Positions 40,194-53,373 of a stretch of 64,000 nt of DNA are shown piece by piece; position 1 is the first letter of the stretch, and each line of letters begins with the position of its first letter. The DNA comes from Basidiobolus meristosporus CBS 931.73 (taxonomy: Eukaryota; Fungi; Basidiobolomycota), in the NCBI GenBank assembly GCA_002104905.1, contig MCFE01000324.1, positions 1 through 64,000 of the forward strand. The letters run 5' to 3'. Position numbers and translations under genes: made by a program. The notes under the pieces are model-generated. The model saw only the letters and a program-made list of their open reading frames with translations. It made no database searches and had not been told where the DNA came from.

Positions 40194-42023
40194 CTAGGCC
40201 CAGGCATGAACCATCAGCTTTTGGACTGCAAGCAAAGCCTGATATCTAACATCGGAGCTTTCGTGAGCCATAAGCTCCATGATGCGTTGCTTGGCCCCAA
40301 TGTCCTGTACGACTTTCTTGCCATTCGCGAAGTGCTTGACGTACTGGCCAACATCGTGAGCGCCGACTGCAAGCACCAGTGGATCATTGGATGTGGCGAG
40401 AAGTCGACTTAGACGCCTGCAATCAACGTTAGACAACTCAATAAGCTAAACAGCTCGGCTCATGCGCTTACTTCAATAGCTCATAATCGTTCTCGTTGAG
40501 ACGGCTGCTGTTTTGTGCCCAGAACTGCTCCGATTGATGGGCTGGCGACCATGACAGTTTTCCTGATTCCAGCTCGCTGACATATTCATCAAAAGTGCTG
40601 GAAATTCGATGTTTAGCGACTGCTCTCCAAAGAACAGGCTTATGCGCTTACGTTAGGCTCTGGAAATTCTCCTCCAGCTCTGCTCTGATATATTCCAAGT
40701 CGTCAATAATATCAGGATCTGACCACTTTCTGGTGGCAAGGTTCTTGGTGAAATTCAAGATCTTGTGAACCAGGAGAGCAGCCATATTTTCTTCGGGTGC
40801 CTTCTCTAACAGATTCTGTCAAGTGTCTGTTAGCGCATGGTCGGAAAGAAAGAGGCAGCATGAGCTTACTCTATAAGTGGCAAAGACAACTCGGATCACC
40901 TTCTCCTTGACAGAGGCTTTGGCCACATTGAGGAAGGCAGGAATGACGTCATATTTCCTTTGGAGAGGACGTCAGTTGTATATTCGACTGCTTAACATCA
41001 TCACACTTACGCATTGACCTCCTCAGCAATATGCTTCTCGAAGGTTAGAAGCCAGAAGCAGAAGATGATCTGGTATTGCATTTGAGAGTTACTGCCGCTT
41101 CGTTCAAGCAAATCTGCCAATCTATTGGCAATGCTTAGCTGCCGCACTGGATTAGGAAGCCGAGGATTACACTTACGAAGAGACCCCGTTACGGGTTTCA
41201 TAGAATTGAACCCTGTAGTTGGAAACACGCAAGAGTGACTCTAGATTCTGCACGGCAATATCGGCTACGTTGGCGTTTTTGCTTTGAAGTTGAGCGGCGA
41301 TCCATTGGAAAAAGTCCTTGAGGTCAACCCCAGCAGGCTTCTTCGCAGTACTTCAGAGTTGGAGCACGGTTAGCGCATTTCTGCATAGGGATGATTCTGC
41401 TACTTACGAAAGGAGCGTTGTCAAAATTTTACTTGATTTTAGAGCAAGAAAATCATCATCCTTAGTGAGGCATCTAGAGAAATATTCCATTGTCACTATA
41501 TAGATTTCCTGTTGCACTACATCTGCACTTACTTTAGCAACGGGGCATAAGGCAGCTTTGCATTCCCAACTGAGGTCTCATGGAAAAAGGCTGCATTGGT
41601 GTCTTTACCTTCCAGAATATCATCCATGAGTACCAACAGCCGTTGAAGGGTATCTGTGCGAGTGAGTTTATCGGTGAGATTGACCAAAGCTTGGGCCAAC
41701 ACTGCCCCTTCCTCCTTGTAAACATTCAGTTGTGTCAGTGGCTCATACACAAACCATTTTCGAGCAGTTATTCCCTGTACCTGAGAAACCTCTTGAAGCT
41801 TTACACCAGACTTATCATAGATACTCAGTATACGTAGTTCTTCCTCGCTGATGAGTCCGAGCCCGCGGCATTCCTACAGGTGAGCAGTCAGTGAGGTGGG
41901 ATAGTTGACTATTTATTGCTAAGAGCAACTTGCCTCCCACAAGACTGGCTTTTGGCGGGCAGCAGAGGTGAGCTCCTCTAAATGAGGGTTTGAGACTAGT
42001 GAAGTAGGGAATATCTCGGCCAT
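40194..42023 (-). CDS. VMA13: V-ATPase V1 subunit H (multi-exon; first intron 41874-41933 is GC-AG)
   Basis: QMQYQIIFCFWLLTF, LEWSP-type repeat region, VLAVGAHDVGQYVK, DVRYQALLAVQKLM. Confidence 0.93.
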
Positions 42024-42561
42024 AGCTAGGAAAAAGAGTTCAGTTTAATGGAGGTACCAAGCGTTTATGAGGAACGCCTTAATGTGAAGACAGCTGAGAC
42101 TGGGAAATCCCACCCTGTCGATTTAAACTTGTCAAGCCTGGAACTTCAATGGATACTCCTCGGATTTCAACAGAAATCGCCCATTTTAGATTTGTATCTC
42201 ACCGTAATTATCCACTCCATTATGGCAACCAATGAGCAGTTGTCCTTGAAAGTTTATTTCACAGGTTTGAAGGTGGCGTTTCAATCTTTCTTAAACTAAT
42301 GTACCAATCAGACCTACATAAATTAATTGCAGAATTTCTGCTGACGGGGGTATTGATCTTTACCACAGTGCTACTATATTGGGAAGAGGTAACAGCTGTA
42401 TTCACAAATGTTACTGATCAACGAGTTTATTCGAAAGCTGTTGTTTAGACAGTCTAGTCTGAATGGGTTGAATTGGCTGGATTTGGGGCAAAACGGCTTG
42501 TTCAAAGGTGTGACCTGCAGCACCATACGAACAGAGCATTCGCCAACACGGAACGCTTCGT

Positions 42562-45500
42562 CTACCCAGATGGCTTCCGCCGAGTCGTATCATAGGCACG
42601 AATCAGACTCGCCTGGCCGGTTTCTGTTTGAGAGAAAGCATATCCGCGGCTCATCTTCATTCTCTGGATGATTCGAACTTTGCGTACCACCTTGCGGAAC
42701 CTTTCCATACGTGGTCGATAGTCAGGAACGTTGAATTTCTGGATCTCTTGAACATGGTGATATGGCTTAGCAAAGTACATGCGTTTTACACTACCGTCGG
42801 TATATGTGGTTAGTTTGGGGTGGTTTACGGACATGTAGAAGTGCCTTACTATTTCCAGATGTAGTCGCGCAGAATGCAGATGACGGGAACTAAGACTATA
42901 GAGAACCAGAATATGGGGTTACCATACAGTACCGGCAATAACCCATCATATTCCTCTGCTATTCCAAGGGATGAAGCAGCTGTTGCATATATGGGAAAGA
43001 AGATTAGCCATATAATAAACGATCCCGGAATCGCTAACCAGGTGTATTTAGTCCATAGGCTTGATGGTGGTGTTAGGTAGATACGTTTAAGGTTATGTAA
43101 ACATAAACACATACTTGGTGATGAGTGCTGCTTTCAAAAGCACGGTCAGTAGAACCGCGGTATAAAGCGTGGTTCCGAAAACCCACTGGCCTCCAATCTC
43201 ACCATTCTTGAGGATTGTGTCGTTCCAAAAGATTCCCATGGTGAGGAAGTATAAGAGTAACGAATGATAAAACGCATTCATTGTCCAGCACCAGAAGGTT
43301 CTCACGTTGAACTAGATAACAAACGATCAGCAATCTTCGGTCCATGAGTCTCCCGTGGCAGCTTTCTACTCACGAATTCTTTGCTTTGTCCAAGTTTGTA
43401 CATCTCGGGGTAGCGGTCAAGCATTCTTGCACAAACAAATTGATCGAATATGCCAATCACCATGGGCGGCATTACTGTAAACAGTACATTGTACAAGGTG
43501 ATGGTCCAAGATTCGTAAGCGCTCTAATTCCAAAGAAGTAGAGTTAGAAAGAAAGATCGAGATCAGCAGCATTATATCCGAGTGGCTCTTACTTGGCCGG
43601 AAAACCCATTGAAAAATGCAAACTAGACAATGAGTTAGATCGGTTTGGGTGCATTTTGCTTGGCACAACTTACCCAAAACTGTGTCATATACAACGTGAT
43701 ATTCTTGTAGAACGAGTACAGGATCAGCTTGCTTAGCCTTTGATAACTCCAAGCGCCGTGTACAAGTAGTAGCTTGGTAAGATAGCGGAATTGGCTTATT
43801 GCAAAATCGGCACTACGAGCTGCCTGCAACCCCTCTAGACCATTGATGCCGACGCCAATATGTGCAGCCTGTATCATACTTACGTCGTTGGCACCATCAC
43901 CAATAGCCAAAAGAATTGACTTCAGATGCTTTTTCACTAATTTAACAACTAACGCCTTTTGCAGCGGAGAAACGCGACAACAAATCACTGCTTTACATCT
44001 GGTAGCGAGCTCCAGAAATTGGACTTCCAAGTCCTCGCCTAGTGCGTAAGTCAGTGCCGCTCCATTGATAACTAAGGCTAGCGGCTCACTCTCAAGAGTG
44101 CACTTTTTGGCACTCTGAATAGCATAAAGTCTCTCCGTCAGCTCTTTTTCAAAATCAACATGAGATTCTTGATCAAAGACCAGCAACCTCATATCTTCGG
44201 TCAACAACTTGCAACTGTAGCCGATATTGATGGCCGTCTCTTGCCTATCACCAGTTAAGATCCATATTTTGATTCCTGCCTGTTACAAAGCGGTCAGCAA
44301 TATACCAGGAACATTCAAGAACCTCGCCGTCAACGAACCTGCGCAAGAGTATGAATGGTAGTGGGCACACCATCCTGTAGTTTATCTTCGATTGCGGTGG
44401 CTCCCAGTAGAAATAGATCTTTCTCGATTATCTCCGCCGCCTTGTCGAGTTCCTCCTGGCGATTTACCAGTGTGGTGGCCGCATTCTCATAGATTAACGA
44501 CCAAGATTGATACTCCTCTTCCGGTATTTCTCTCATAGAGATGCATAGCGTGCGCAATCCCTCGGTAGCATATTCCTGCTCATCACGTGTGAGAAATGGT
44601 CTCATTCTGCTTGATTACAAAACCTACCTCCAGGTGAGCCACGGTACTTGCTAGAAATGGATTTTGAGGCGCCAGCCTTTCCAAAATTACCGTATCTGCC
44701 CCCTTGCAGTATAACTTGATTTTGCCATCAGGTCCTCGGACTATGGCAGACATCCGTTTTCTGGTGCTATTGAATTCGCAAATATTCAGAATCTCAAACT
44801 CCTTGTCTTCTCCACGGATGTTAATAGTTACAGATTTAGGCCGGCGCGTCTATTTGAAACTGTAAGTACGGCGTCAGTTTTTGGTAGCTCAACTTCCTAC
44901 CGTAAAGACGTAGCCTAATAATGAGGCGCCTTTGACTAATGCACCTTCATCGGGAGAAGCAGCCTGATACGTAATATCTGATAACCCAAAGCATTAGCAG
45001 TTGTTGTTTCTGTTCGCTATTTTCATCTTATGTGTTACCATCAGGGTCACTCTCACTACGTTCAGGGATCACTGTGTGGCAAGTGGATAACAAGGTCAGA
45101 AACTCCTGGATGACTACGGAGGTAGAATGCGAGTGGACATTCGAATGGATTCTATCAAAGTCATGTTGGCCGGCTGGTAGAGATCCCTCCACTGATTGAG
45201 TATGCTTAATAGGGTCAACTTTGTCGGTATATCCGATCCCTCCTATCGAGCATTGACGAAATTCCATTTCATTGCACGTTAGCGTCCCAGTCTTGTCTGA
45301 GAAAATGTATTCAATCTGTCGTAGCTCAGTGTAAGTCACAAGCTAAGCATCGGATTTGGTTTGATAATACCTGGCCAAGCTCCTCGACTAAGGAGCTAGT
45401 TCTAGCAAGAGCAGGCGTATCCGTTTTCTCCGAGTACATGTCCAAGTCAGAATTGATAAGCGCGGCCTGCTGATATTTGACGACCTCCATGGTAACAATC

Positions 45501-47037
45501 AAACTGAGTATCCCAGAGTTAAAGGCAGAAATGAAGAAGAAGAATATTAGCGGGACTGTACCTGATAGGGATTAGATTGTTAAAAAGGATTAAAAACGTG
45601 AGGATATTCATTCCGAACTCTGCCCATTTGTCAGTGGTATTTAGATATAAATAGTCCGTAGTGTCCGAGTAATATATCTATAAAACACTTATACTGTTAG
45701 GGCCTGCTCTTGATGGAAAGCACCACGAATACCATAGCTTACACGGCGAATCAGCGATCCAAGAGAACAAGCAACACTCAAGACAATGAGTATTCCGAAC
45801 AGAAAGAGGATTTGTTGGTTGGTCATTTTCTCCACACTGGTTCTTTTGATTGGAGTAGCACTGTTCAGGGAATATACATCAATAAGATCAGCTGTACAAG
45901 CACTCGTGCCAAACCGAGGAATTTACCTGGCGTTCCTCATCAACTTGGACTCATGACCTGTGAATACAACAACACCATAGATCCATTTCGTATTGCGTAG
46001 TTGCGCACCCTATTTGGAACCATTCAGCACCTTGGAGATCATTCATAGTCAAACTATGCCGAGCACTTACCCTCAACAAAACCTGATCAGGGTTGAGAGG
46101 AAAGGCTTTTTCGACCTTGTCTACAATGGTGAATAGAGTGCCATCGAAGGTATATAAGCTACTGTTGGGTAATTCAGATTTGATGTATCCTGGAATCGAA
46201 TCGGTCACTTCACCATTTGTAAACTGTGAGTGTCTAAAGTGGAAATTACCTTGCAGCTCGCAAATCTCATCTGGGGAAGTTAGATTGCTGGTAACTTGCA
46301 GGCCCTGCTTGATCTTCAAATTGGTTTCACTGTAGATAGTTGAGGTCAGTAATATGTTGACAATGTGGTGAGGGAAAGCGGTCGTACCCATCGAGATTAC
46401 TAGTTTCAATGTAGCATAATGCCTCTGGCTCACTACTACTCAATAATACTATATCAGCTGGAAAGAACTCCTTATCAGCGATACGGACTATATCTCCAAC
46501 TACAACATCCTTCCATCTTCTATCCTCGAAGCTCTTTCCAGCCAAGACCTTGCAGTGACTATTGTTCGCCTCAGCATCCGACTGGTGTCGCTTCTGCATT
46601 CGTGAAACCCTGCCATTAATTCAAGGCAACTTTTGAAGTGAAGCGAATGGAGATACCGAAAACTTACATAGTCCTCGAATATCTCTTTGAAGGAGGTTGC
46701 AACTAAAACCACAATTAAAGGCACAAGAGTCGAGAATCTTGAGGTTGGTGAGATGTCCTTGATTTGCTGTATTGTGGTGAATGTGAGTGCAACCTTTGAT
46801 GGAAAACTGCTTTTCAAAGCAGTAGTAGCAACTACCTACCTGAATGCAGGATATAAACAGGAAGAAAATGTTCGCATACTTTGAGAATTGCTCGTACAAA
46901 AACTTGGGCAAGAAGGATACAAAATTGTATTTTGCCGTAGATATGCTATTGTGAATATATTTGAATTGGCTGTTTCGTAAAGAGGAATTGAGATATACAA
47001 GGCGAAAGTCCGTATTTTGCGAATGTGTTGTGGTCAT
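42562..47037 (-). CDS. DRS2: P4-type phospholipid flippase (Drs2/ATP8A-like), multi-exon
   Basis: [54 protein letters not shown]-terminal GYAFSQ autoinhibitory motif. Confidence 0.95.
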
Positions 47038-47763
47038 TTCTGAAGCGTCACAAAGACCTAAGCGAATAGTGGAATATAAATCACTCCTGCAAACTCGATA
47101 GTGCGAAATAGAACAGTGAAACACATACCATGCAAACAAGGTAGCTGTAGTCAACGGTCAGAATTTCAACGGAGAGAGAGGGGGTAAAGATAGACCTACT
47201 TGAGGAGAGTGGTGGCTTGTTAATGGGCACTGAAAAGGATCTCGATAGGAGTCGCTAGTTAGCGCTGTGCAACAAACTAGCTAGCAAAGGCTATATGCGC
47301 GGATTAATGAAGTGTATGAAAAGAACAGTCGTGGACAGATGAAACTGATATCGGAGGACCCTCAATAGGATTTGAAGTTCATCCATCGGTGGCTGTGACA
47401 ATGCCCACCACATCACACTCGCCCAGGATTCAGTGGAGGAATGCAATAAAGTAGATTTTGTGATAAATCGTCTTACCAATTAAGGCTACACTAATAGAAG
47501 GCTACACTCAAGGAGAATACGCCAATGAGAACGACTAGAAAGCCAAAACTAGATTCAAATAAGGAACCACCAAAATAGGACATATCAAAATCTCTTTATT
47601 CCGGGCGGAGCGCTTAGCCCAACTGGGAATATGCAACCACGGCGATTCATTGAATACGTAGCGCGTCCTAAGCACAATTCATTTTCGTACATGAACCGTT
47701 GCAGCGCATACGCAACGTAGCCCTCAATGCATGGAATGGAATGGAATGGACAACGAGCATCAT

Positions 47764-47852
47764 CATTACAAAGTAGAATGGATGCAACGCCAATGAGTAC
47801 CAGCATGACAAAGTAGAATGGATGCAACGTCAATGAATATCAGCATTACAAA
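47764..47852. repeat. 40-bp tandem repeat (~2.2 copies), preceded by (GGAAT)3
   Basis: CATTACAAAGTAGAATGGATGCAACGCCAATGAGTACCAG / CATGACAAAGTAGAATGGATGCAACGTCAATGAATATCAG. Confidence 0.9.
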
Positions 47853-48622
47853 TTACGCTCAGCATTATCGCCCAAACAAGCAAATCCATAGGTACATTGA
47901 AAATACGACACCAAAAAGGTTCGCCAATGTGCAAACCCGACCATGTGCATTGCTGGTCAATCTAACCTCCTTGAACTTGAATCCAATGAATCCTCGAAAT
48001 CCCCCCGATAATTAACGTAAAGTGGGACCAAATAAGAGAAAACTAGCGGGAAGTAAGACAAAGCATCGAGAAGTGGGACAGGTGAAGTAGGACAGACTAT
48101 GAATAGATCATGATGGTGAGAAGTAGGACACTGAGACACCAAGGGTATTAACTTCAAACCCAAGCTTAACAAATTCACCGCAATCAACGATCATTGGATC
48201 ACCAAGCCAGGCAACCCCATGGGCAATACCAATGACATGATCATTAGTGTTATGTGGTCATCCCACCTATCATCAACCACCCTCCTTGCCTGGACCCCAA
48301 CCAACATCGGGAATAGCTACGACTTATTCCTGGTACCTCGCTTCTGCGTTGGAAACCATCGAAATTTTTTCGTTCGTAAATATCCTTCCAAAAATATCCA
48401 CCATATATGGAGCCCTTGCCTTATTGATGGTGGTGATTGGTAAAAAAACGAACCCGGGTTTTCTCTCATAAAAGGCGCGAATGCGCAGCCTTGGAAAAAC
48501 TCATACTGCTTAGTACTTGTCCTTCAAGCCTTACAGTTGTCAGGATTACGATCAGCGCTCGCTCGTAGAGTACATCTCTCTAGGTTTCCCGTAATAGTCT
48601 GCTCAGTGAATTGCTTTTCTAA

Positions 48623-48838
48623 AGCGATCTTAATATCTTCGGCTTTTCAACCCTCCCGTTAGTTGAGAAGTTATTTACCTGGTTTCCCTCGTGGTCTGAA
48701 CTTTTGTTCCTGCACTTTTCCCGTACCTGGAGAAGTGCTTTTATCATCGCGACCATTCTCGCAAATTTGTCAGTGACAGCAGTTAAGGATTTCCCTGAGC
48801 CACCTCCTTGGTTGCCTTGCTCTCTCGGCCTTGCCTGA
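48623..48838 (+). promoter_or_regulatory. Candidate non-AUG upstream conserved coding region (uCC) with PPW motif in the ODC leader
   Basis: Open frame without ATG ending ...KDFPEPPPWLPCSLGLA*; stop 102 nt before the ODC ATG; candidate starts ATC 48635 and ACC-ATT 48755. Confidence 0.72.
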
Positions 48839-48940
48839 CATCGTTTAACTCGATTCCACCAGTAGCTCCTTTTCTGCTGATCACTGTTTGTGAAAAGTAC
48901 CTGACGTTTGAGCTCTCTTTGATTAACGAAACCCGATAAA

Positions 48941-50308
48941 ATGAAGAATCTTTTGGAAGCCACTCCTTTTGATGAGCTAGCCACCAGCTCTGTTAAATCC
49001 CTCATGAAGACGAAGCTTTCTGCTGAAGAAAGTTACGAACCTTTGGAATCTGCTTCTATCGACGCCCTCCTCTCCCAGCGCGTGATGGTGGAGGATGGGC
49101 CGGAAGAGGCGTTTTTCGTTGCTGACCTTGGTGAAGTGTATCGCCAATTCGTTCAGTGGCACAATTTACTTCCCTCCGTTGAACCTTTCTATGCGGTCAA
49201 GTGCAACCCTGACCCCATGGTTTTGCGGTTCCTCGCCAGACTCGGCGTCAATTTCGATTGCGCTAGTTTGAAGGAGATGGAGATGGTCTTGAACTTGGGT
49301 GTGGATCCCTCCAGGATCATTTTCGCCAACCCATGCAAGCAGGCCTCCCATCTTCGCTATGCTCGTGACAACGGTGTCCTGATGATGACCTTCGACAATG
49401 CTGATGAGCTGCATAAGATCAAGCGCATCCATCCTGACGCCAAGTTGGTTCTTCGAGTTTTGACCGATGATTCCAAGGCATTGTGCAAATTGGGATTGAA
49501 GTTCGGTGCTTCCTTGGATGTCACCGGCTCCCTGCTCCAAACTGCCAAGGATTTGGACTTGAATGTCATTGGCGTCAGCTTCCATGTTGGTAGTGGTTGC
49601 TATGACGCCGGTGCCTTTGCCGACGCTGTCGGTCGCGCCCGATTTGTCTTCGACCAAGGTGAGGCGCTGGGATTCAGCTTTGACTTCCTCGATATTGGTG
49701 GCGGCTTCCCCAGCCCAATGATTCAAGATGGCCCCACCTTCCCGGAGATCGCCTCCATCTTGCGTACCGCTATGGCTCAACTCTTCCCCCCAGGCTGCGG
49801 AGTACGTATCGTTGCTGAGCCTGGCCGTTACTTTGTCAGCTCTGCCTTTGTTCTTGCTTGCAACGTCATGGCGCGCCGTATGGTGACCCGCGACTCCAAT
49901 GCTCAAACCGTTAACGCCGATGGGGAGATTGTTAACGACTCGGCTCCCACCATGGATGATCACCCCGCCTACATGTATTACATCAATGACGGTGTGTATG
50001 GGTCATTCAATTGCATTATGTTTGATCATCAGGAGGTCACTCCCTTGATTCTGAAGCGCCGTGGTGTTTACACCTACGGAAGCGAAGTGAATGACATCAC
50101 TTACGACTACTCCATGTGGGGACCCACGTGCGATTCCATCGATTGCATTGTCAAAAGCAGCACTCTCCCCGAGCTGAACATCGGTGACTGGGTGTACTTC
50201 GAGAACATGGGCGCGTACACTATGTGCGCTGCCTCCCAGTTCAATGGTTTCCAGAAGAGTAGCGTTATGTACACCACCACCGAACCATGTGTTTTGGATC
50301 TCTTTTAA
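48941..50308 (+). CDS. SPE1: Ornithine decarboxylase
   Basis: PFYAVKCN (PLP lysine), HVGSG, DIGGGFP, EPGRYF, WGPTCDSID; intronless 455 aa. Confidence 0.98.
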   Translation: MKNLLEATPFDELATSSVKSLMKTKLSAEESYEPLESASIDALLSQRVMVEDGPEEAFFVADLGEVYRQFVQWHNLLPSVEPFYAVKCNPDPMVLRFLARLGVNFDCASLKEMEMVLNLGVDPSRIIFANPCKQASHLRYARDNGVLMMTFDNADELHKIKRIHPDAKLVLRVLTDDSKALCKLGLKFGASLDVTGSLLQTAKDLDLNVIGVSFHVGSGCYDAGAFADAVGRARFVFDQGEALGFSFDFLDIGGGFPSPMIQDGPTFPEIASILRTAMAQLFPPGCGVRIVAEPGRYFVSSAFVLACNVMARRMVTRDSNAQTVNADGEIVNDSAPTMDDHPAYMYYINDGVYGSFNCIMFDHQEVTPLILKRRGVYTYGSEVNDITYDYSMWGPTCDSIDCIVKSSTLPELNIGDWVYFENMGAYTMCAASQFNGFQKSSVMYTTTEPCVLDLF

Positions 50309-50563
50309 TCAATAAACTTCAATAGAACCCAATCTATTCACATCCATTGGTTCCCAACCGAACCTTGCTATGATAATCAATCCCGTTCAAGCGGACACTA
50401 TTCCTGAACATCTGCATTCATGGCTAACCATCGAGATTTTTCTTCCATCGCACCAAGAATCTCGATTTTTTAGAATCATTCCCATTTATTTGAGTGTCAA
50501 CGACACCGCATCACTCATCAGAATTCTTTGACTCTTGGGAAGTTGCAAGCACCCCTAATCTAT

Positions 50564-51987
50564 ATGACCACTTCCCCCAACGACCAAGCGAACCCAGAAG
50601 CTGTGTTGGTTCAAAAGAAGGCCAAGAAAACCAAAAGAAAGCCCAGAGCTAAGAAAAGCAATAAACGTGTAGAGGGCCCTAAGACCAAGGTTGTCATTCG
50701 TCGATTGCCACCAAATCTTCCGGAGGAATTGTTTTTCAAATCCATCCAGCCATATATAACCGATGAGAACATCGATTGGAAGCTTTACGTGCCAGGGAAA
50801 ATCAGCACCAAGTAATTAAGCCTTTCCTTTCATCAGATCTTGCAACCCGCCGCCTCCACGAACTCCCTTGTTCATAGGGCCACAGCTTGGCAAGCAATTG
50901 ACCCTGTTCTGTTGGCTAATCCGCTTCACTTCTCTTTGTAGTAAGAACAAGGAGAATCATTTCTCGAGGGGGTATTTGCATTTCAAAACCATCGATGATG
51001 TGATTTTATTCCACCGTGGTTACGATGGGCATCTTTTCGTCGATTCTAAGGGTATTACGACATGCTATGATGGATCACGGTACTTTCGAAAGCTAACACG
51101 GAACTCATATCGTGCTAGGTAACGAGAGTAGAGCCGTAGTAGAATTTGCTCCGTTCCAGAAAATCCCGAAAGAGAACCAGAAACCTGACCCAAGAGAGGG
51201 CACGCTCGAGGAGGGTATGTGTACTCTTTTCTGTTCGTTGAGGGTTGCCTGTTGACCTGATTCCTGTGCTTAGACCCCGACTATCTGGCATTTCTGGAAA
51301 CCCTGAAGGAGGAGAAGGAGAATAAAGAGAGCAACGGTATCAGCGATGGCACCACGCAGTTAGAAAAGTTGGAGGCTAGGCTCTCTAAAGAATCAGGTAA
51401 AGTTCGCTATTCTTGGGCTGCAGTAAAAGAGCTGTATTTTGACAAAGGCTGGCGCTTGCTTAGTTGTTCCACTCAGCACAAACTCGACTCCAAAATCAAC
51501 CCCTCTGTTGGATTATCTCCGTGCTCAAAAGGCTGCCTCTAAATCAAAGAAGAAAAACCAGTCTGGCAAGCAAGCACCTGTTATGATTCTTACCAATCGC
51601 AAGAAGGGAGGAGCCGGAGGAAACGGGGGCAATGCCAATGGCACCTCTACCGGTGCCAAGACCGACTCCAAACCGAAAAAGCCCAGTAAAAAAGAGAGAG
51701 AGAGACGTCGCAAAGAACGTGCGAAGGAGAAGGGGGAAGCACCCGAAGCTCTGGCTAAACCTGCCAAGGACGTGCTTCCTCCTAAGCCTCCAAAATCCTC
51801 GAGGCCTAGAAAGGAGCGTGATCCAAATCCCGAGGGAGGGAACAAAGAGAAGCCGCCCAAGAAAAAAGGCAACAAGTCCAACAAACCCCCTAAAGAGGCA
51901 GGCAAGGGGCAGAAACCCAAAGACCTCGACAGTCCAGCACCCAAAATCATGCAAAAGCCAAACTCACAGCCCAAACTGGAGTCTTGA
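50564..51987 (+). CDS. UPF3: Nonsense-mediated decay factor Upf3 (multi-exon)
   Basis: KVVIRRLPPNL, SRGYLHF, F..KG..RAVVEFAPFQKIP, DPDYLAFLE, TPLLDYLR. Confidence 0.92.
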
Positions 51988-52415
51988 ATGACACTGCTTG
52001 CTTCTCAAATTAAGAAGGTTCAGTTCACTAGAGGAAGCATCATATGTGGCATTGTTGGGAAGGAGTATTCTCAATCGACAATATTCATGTTGATTTTTAT
52101 ATTGGAAACTGGACTTCGCCTAACCAAAGAGGACTAGTTCTATGGTGTGTAATAGTAATGAACATGGACCCGACTTTTTTCACCCAAGCGTTGGATGTTG
52201 CCACACGAGTTTTGTCAATAAATCCAACGGAATTCCACTATTTTATCGAGCGTTTGATTTGAGTTTATGTTCCCCCAAACGAAGTCGCCAATCAGATCCA
52301 CCGATCAAGTCATAATAAACGTAAACAAGCTTTATCATCCATTCTGGCATTTTGTTATTTACTTTACCCCTCTTTCCTACACACTTACTACCCTCCCACC
52401 CAGCCTAGCACTATC

Positions 52416-53373
52416 ATGGATATTCCAAAAATTCAGGTGGATTCCAAGGAAGACATCAAATACCTCAAAAATGAATTCTCCCAGGCAAGTGAGAAAGCCT
52501 TCAAAGCCAACGAAAAGCTATTCGTGAAGGGCAGGAAGAAGAATGTTGATCTGGAGGAACGCGCCCAAGGTTTGGTCAACAAGGTCAGGACAGGAGTTCT
52601 AATAGGATTGTCGTGTTTCTTCAACCTGTTTTTACTTACTTGATACGCGCTTTACGGATTTGTAGTGGATCGAACAGATGTTTAAGTTGGCTGGTAATAG
52701 CTTATCAGTGAATGGCATGGAGTATAAGGACGCGATGACTTCTGCTGAAGGTAGCCTATAACGCATTTCTATCCCTAATTTCTTGCTTGACGCGTTTTTC
52801 TACATATTAGAAATCGAACCTTTCGATGAAGCTCTACATCAAGAGGTGCTCAATCTCCAACTTACTACCGAGGAGCTCACTATGCGCGTGGTTGAGCGCA
52901 GAAAGAAGGTTCCGGAGCAAGTTCAATTTCTTGTTACCGATGCCCTCAAGAAAGGGTCTATGTTTGCAAGCAATATAGAGTGTCTTGATACAGAAGAGCC
53001 GGTAGAATGCACTGCCGAGGAAATTCCCACTCGCGTCAAGAAGTCTTATGAAGATACAGTTAAATTGATGAATGAACTTAAGGAGGTAAACCCAATGTCA
53101 ATGTTGTATTTGTTGCGCTTGCACAATACTGACATACATGTGTCGTTTCAGTCTATTCCAAACACCTTAGCTAAGCTAGAAAGAGCACAAGGGGTGCTTG
53201 AGCAAGAGAGCAAGGCCAAACCTCATGATGATACTCACCAGGTTATCCAAGGAATATTTGCAAAGGAATCGGCTGCGGATGAAGGCTCAACAAGTGGCGC
53301 CGCTACTTCCCTTAAGGCACGCTCGGTTCTTGCGCAAAAGTTGAAGCAGCGGGCCCACCAGAAACCGTACTAG
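52416..53373 (+). CDS. NSL1: Kinetochore Mis12-complex subunit Nsl1/Mis14-like (multi-exon)
   Basis: KIQVDSKEDIKYL, LSVNG, EIEPFDEAL..VVERRKKVP pattern; coiled coil. Confidence 0.65.

Noticed and set aside
46913-46920. GTATCCTT (minus strand) in DRS2 as a U12 donor
   Set aside because: Encodes the conserved NFVSFLPK; exonic.
47585-47833. 82-aa Cys-containing minus-strand ORF with hydrophobic N-terminus
   Set aside because: TTG start, and the hydrophobic part is generated by the 40-bp tandem repeat; no other support.
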